This document shows, in pieces, positions 61,784 to 64,000 of a DNA stretch of 64,000 nucleotides. The stretch lies in assembly GCA_963668175.1 (NCBI GenBank), contig OY764159.1, positions 2,688,001-2,752,000 on the forward strand, written 5' to 3'. Every line of letters starts with the position of its first letter. Within the stretch, counting starts at the first letter, position 1. Position numbers and translations under genes: made by a program. Origin of the DNA: Syntrophales bacterium (GTDB taxonomy: Bacteria; Desulfobacterota; Syntrophia; Syntrophales; PHBD01). The notes under the pieces were generated by a model. It was not told the origin of the DNA, made no database searches, and saw only the letters and a list, made by a program, of their open reading frames with translations.

Positions 61784-62080
61784 ATGAGTTTAGGTTCCGC
61801 GAACTGGTTATGGATACGGCAGGCCCTTGACAGCAATCCCGATCCCATCCCCCCGCCTCCGCCCGCGCCGGTGATCACGGTCCCGGAAGTCAAGGAGCCG
61901 GAAACGCCGGACAAGTCCGTTTCGGAAACGAACGCCGGCATCGCCGACGAAAAACGCCGGGTGCTGGCCGCGCTCCCCAAGGCGACGAAAACGGTCCTGG
62001 ACCAGACGGGCGACCAGGGGAAGGTGAAAAGGAAGACGCTCCTCGGGGCGGGCGGCGCGGGAAGCGCCACACTCGGATGA
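61784..62080 (+). CDS. Phage hypothetical protein preceding portal
   Basis: Pro-rich, ends KTLLG as in small pre-portal podovirus genes. Confidence 0.65.
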   Translation: MSLGSANWLWIRQALDSNPDPIPPPPPAPVITVPEVKEPETPDKSVSETNAGIADEKRRVLAALPKATKTVLDQTGDQGKVKRKTLLGAGGAGSATLG

Positions 62081-62088
62081 GGTGTAAC

Positions 62089-63738
62089 ATGACGGTAAAG
62101 GCCGACGCGGAAGATATCGTCCGGAAGTACGACGACCTGACAGGCAACCGGGGCACGTATCTCGCGCACCTGCGGGAGATTTCGAGCTACATGGCGCCGA
62201 CGCAGGCTTCGACGCTCTCGCCCATGGTCGAGGGCGGCAAGCGGACCGAATACATCTACGACGGAACGCAATTGCGGTGCGTGGACAACTTCGCCAACGG
62301 CATGTACGGCAACCTCACGCCGGTGGCCACGCCGTGGTTCGCCCTGGCCTGCCGTAACAAATCGATCAACGACAACGCTGCCGTGAAGACCTGGCTCTCC
62401 GACACGACGGAGCGCATGCGCGACGCCGTCAACACCTCGAACGCCGGGATGGCCCTCTTCGAGTGCTACAAGTACCTGGCCTGGGCCGGTTCGGCGGCGG
62501 TCTACATTACGAAGGGCACGCGCTACGCCCTGAACTTCAAGACGTTCTCCCCCGCGGTCTGCGTCTGGGAGGAAGACCCGGACGGCATCGTCGACTCTCT
62601 CTACCGCGTCGAGAAATTCACCGCCCGCAAGTGCATCCAGGCGTGGGGCGATCGGGTCAGCGAAGAGATCAAACAGGCCTACATCGGGAACGACAACACG
62701 AAGACCTTCGACATCCTCCATGCCGTCTATCCCCGCGACGATTACGACTGGTCGAAGAGGGACGGCATCAACATGAAGTACGCCTCCGTCTATCTCGTGA
62801 AGGAGTCGCGGCATGTCCTTTCGGAAGGCGGCTACAGCGAATTCCCCTATGCGGTCCCACGGTGGGACAAGGCGGACGGCGAGGTGACGGGCCGTTCCCC
62901 GGGCATGAATGCCCTGCCCGACGTGAAGCAGTTGCAGCAGGTCGTCTACGACACGACGGTGGCGCACCAGATGTGGCTGCGGCCGCCGGTCCTGGCCTCG
63001 AAGGAATCGGCTTTAAGCTCCACGCGGTTCCAGCCGGGCAAGATCATCTACCACCGCACGGGCGAAAGGCCCGAGCCCTGGCCGATCTCCGGCGACCTGC
63101 GGGTGTCCCTCGAAGAGAAGAACAGCCTGCGGGACGCCATCCGCCAGTCCTTCTTCAACGACCTCTTCATCGTCCTTGGCGACAATGTCCCGGGCAGGAC
63201 GGCCTACGAGGTCCGGCAGATGGTCGAGGAGAAGATGAACATCCTGGGGCCTTTTCTGGGCCGGCTGATGGTCGAGCTTCTCGACGTCATGCTGTCGAGG
63301 GTCTTCTGGGTCCTCTACCGGAACGGCTATATCACGCCGGTGCCGAGGGAACTCGTCAACCAGGGCCTCAACATGGAATACATCGGGAGGCTCGCGCTGG
63401 CCATGAGGCGGTACGAGACCGCGGCTGCGGCGGATGCGCTGCAGATGACGCAGACCATCGCCCAGGCGGACCAGAGCGTCCTCGACAACTGGAACATGGA
63501 CGAAGTGGTTACCGGCACGGCGCAGCGCGCCGGCGTCCCGGTCAAGTACCTGCGGCCCGCGAACGAACGCGACAAGATGCGCCAGGAGCGCGTCGCGCAG
63601 ATGCAGGCGCAACAGCAGGCGCAGCAGCAGGATGCGACGGCGCAGGCCCTGGCGGAGCAGGTGCCGAACCTCTCCAAAGCGCCCGAGGAAGGGTCGCCCG
63701 CAGAGGCGCTCCTCAAGGCCATGGGAGGAAAGCAATAA
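62089..63738 (+). CDS. Portal / head-to-tail connector protein
   Basis: PWF.L, FPY.V.RW....GE..GRSP...ALPD.K.L, TAYEV, LGP..GRL..ELL. Confidence 0.92.
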   Translation: MTVKADAEDIVRKYDDLTGNRGTYLAHLREISSYMAPTQASTLSPMVEGGKRTEYIYDGTQLRCVDNFANGMYGNLTPVATPWFALACRNKSINDNAAVKTWLSDTTERMRDAVNTSNAGMALFECYKYLAWAGSAAVYITKGTRYALNFKTFSPAVCVWEEDPDGIVDSLYRVEKFTARKCIQAWGDRVSEEIKQAYIGNDNTKTFDILHAVYPRDDYDWSKRDGINMKYASVYLVKESRHVLSEGGYSEFPYAVPRWDKADGEVTGRSPGMNALPDVKQLQQVVYDTTVAHQMWLRPPVLASKESALSSTRFQPGKIIYHRTGERPEPWPISGDLRVSLEEKNSLRDAIRQSFFNDLFIVLGDNVPGRTAYEVRQMVEEKMNILGPFLGRLMVELLDVMLSRVFWVLYRNGYITPVPRELVNQGLNMEYIGRLALAMRRYETAAAADALQMTQTIAQADQSVLDNWNMDEVVTGTAQRAGVPVKYLRPANERDKMRQERVAQMQAQQQAQQQDATAQALAEQVPNLSKAPEEGSPAEALLKAMGGKQ

Positions 63739-63987
63739 ATGCCGTACAGCCATTTGCCGGAGGAGGAACAGGACAGGCAGCGCAAGATCGATTTCAACGC
63801 GACGTTCGGCGGCGAAACAGGCTTCCGCGTCCTTCAGGACCTGGTCCTCAACGCATGCCACATGTTCAGGCCTTCCGTCGAGGTGGACGATAAGAATACG
63901 GAGGTCTTCTTCCGCGAGGGCGAAAGGCGCATAGGGCTCTACATCATGGAAAAGCTGAACGAAGATCTCAGGTCGAAAATACTCTAG
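63739..63987 (+). CDS. Bbp19-like phage protein
   Basis: F...G.RVL.DL...FREG.R.IGL.I motif following portal. Confidence 0.7.
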   Translation: MPYSHLPEEEQDRQRKIDFNATFGGETGFRVLQDLVLNACHMFRPSVEVDDKNTEVFFREGERRIGLYIMEKLNEDLRSKIL

Positions 63988-64000
63988 GAGGAGAAACGAT

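Larger units (their letters stand above)
59796..64000 (+). mobile_element. Podovirus-like (BPP-1/T7-type portal) DNA packaging/head module, continuing beyond the window
   Basis: Tightly coupled terS-terL-orf-portal-orf; next RBS and start at 63999. Confidence 0.85.

Noticed and set aside
1..64000. Integron, DGR or retron system
   Set aside because: No tyrosine integrase or reverse transcriptase motifs in the window

Overview
GC-rich bacterial chromosome segment, probably from a deltaproteobacterium (Syntrophales/Desulfobacterota-like). This is inferred from the PEP-CTERM gene, several sigma54-type promoters and hybrid PAS/GAF kinases. It is an accessory mosaic of GC-rich genes with AT-rich single-gene islets. 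Main content in order: a PIN-domain protein with a 135-bp tandem-repeat tail; a ~185-bp promoter-bearing intergenic repeat (2 full copies and 1 partial); a PEP-CTERM repeat protein with its sigma54 promoter and enhancer box; a phospholipase D; three sensor kinases; a racemase broken by a patchwork insertion; a kaiC-kaiB-kaiB-PAS kinase clock-like operon without kaiA; two near-identical cheW copies upstream of a chemoreceptor lacking its signalling hairpin; a beta-carbonic anhydrase; an IS481 element; a RelBE-type TA pair; a tectonin-like lectin; a lipoprotein/metallophosphoesterase/membrane protein cluster; a 16-Cys mini-protein; an IS3(IS2)-family element; and a DUF262 (GmrSD-like) nuclease. 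From ~59.8 kb to the end there is a podovirus-type (BPP-1-like) packaging module (terS, terL, portal) with no replication, lysogeny or integrase genes visible upstream. No rRNA, tRNA or CRISPR array was seen. All family calls come from motif recognition, not database searches.
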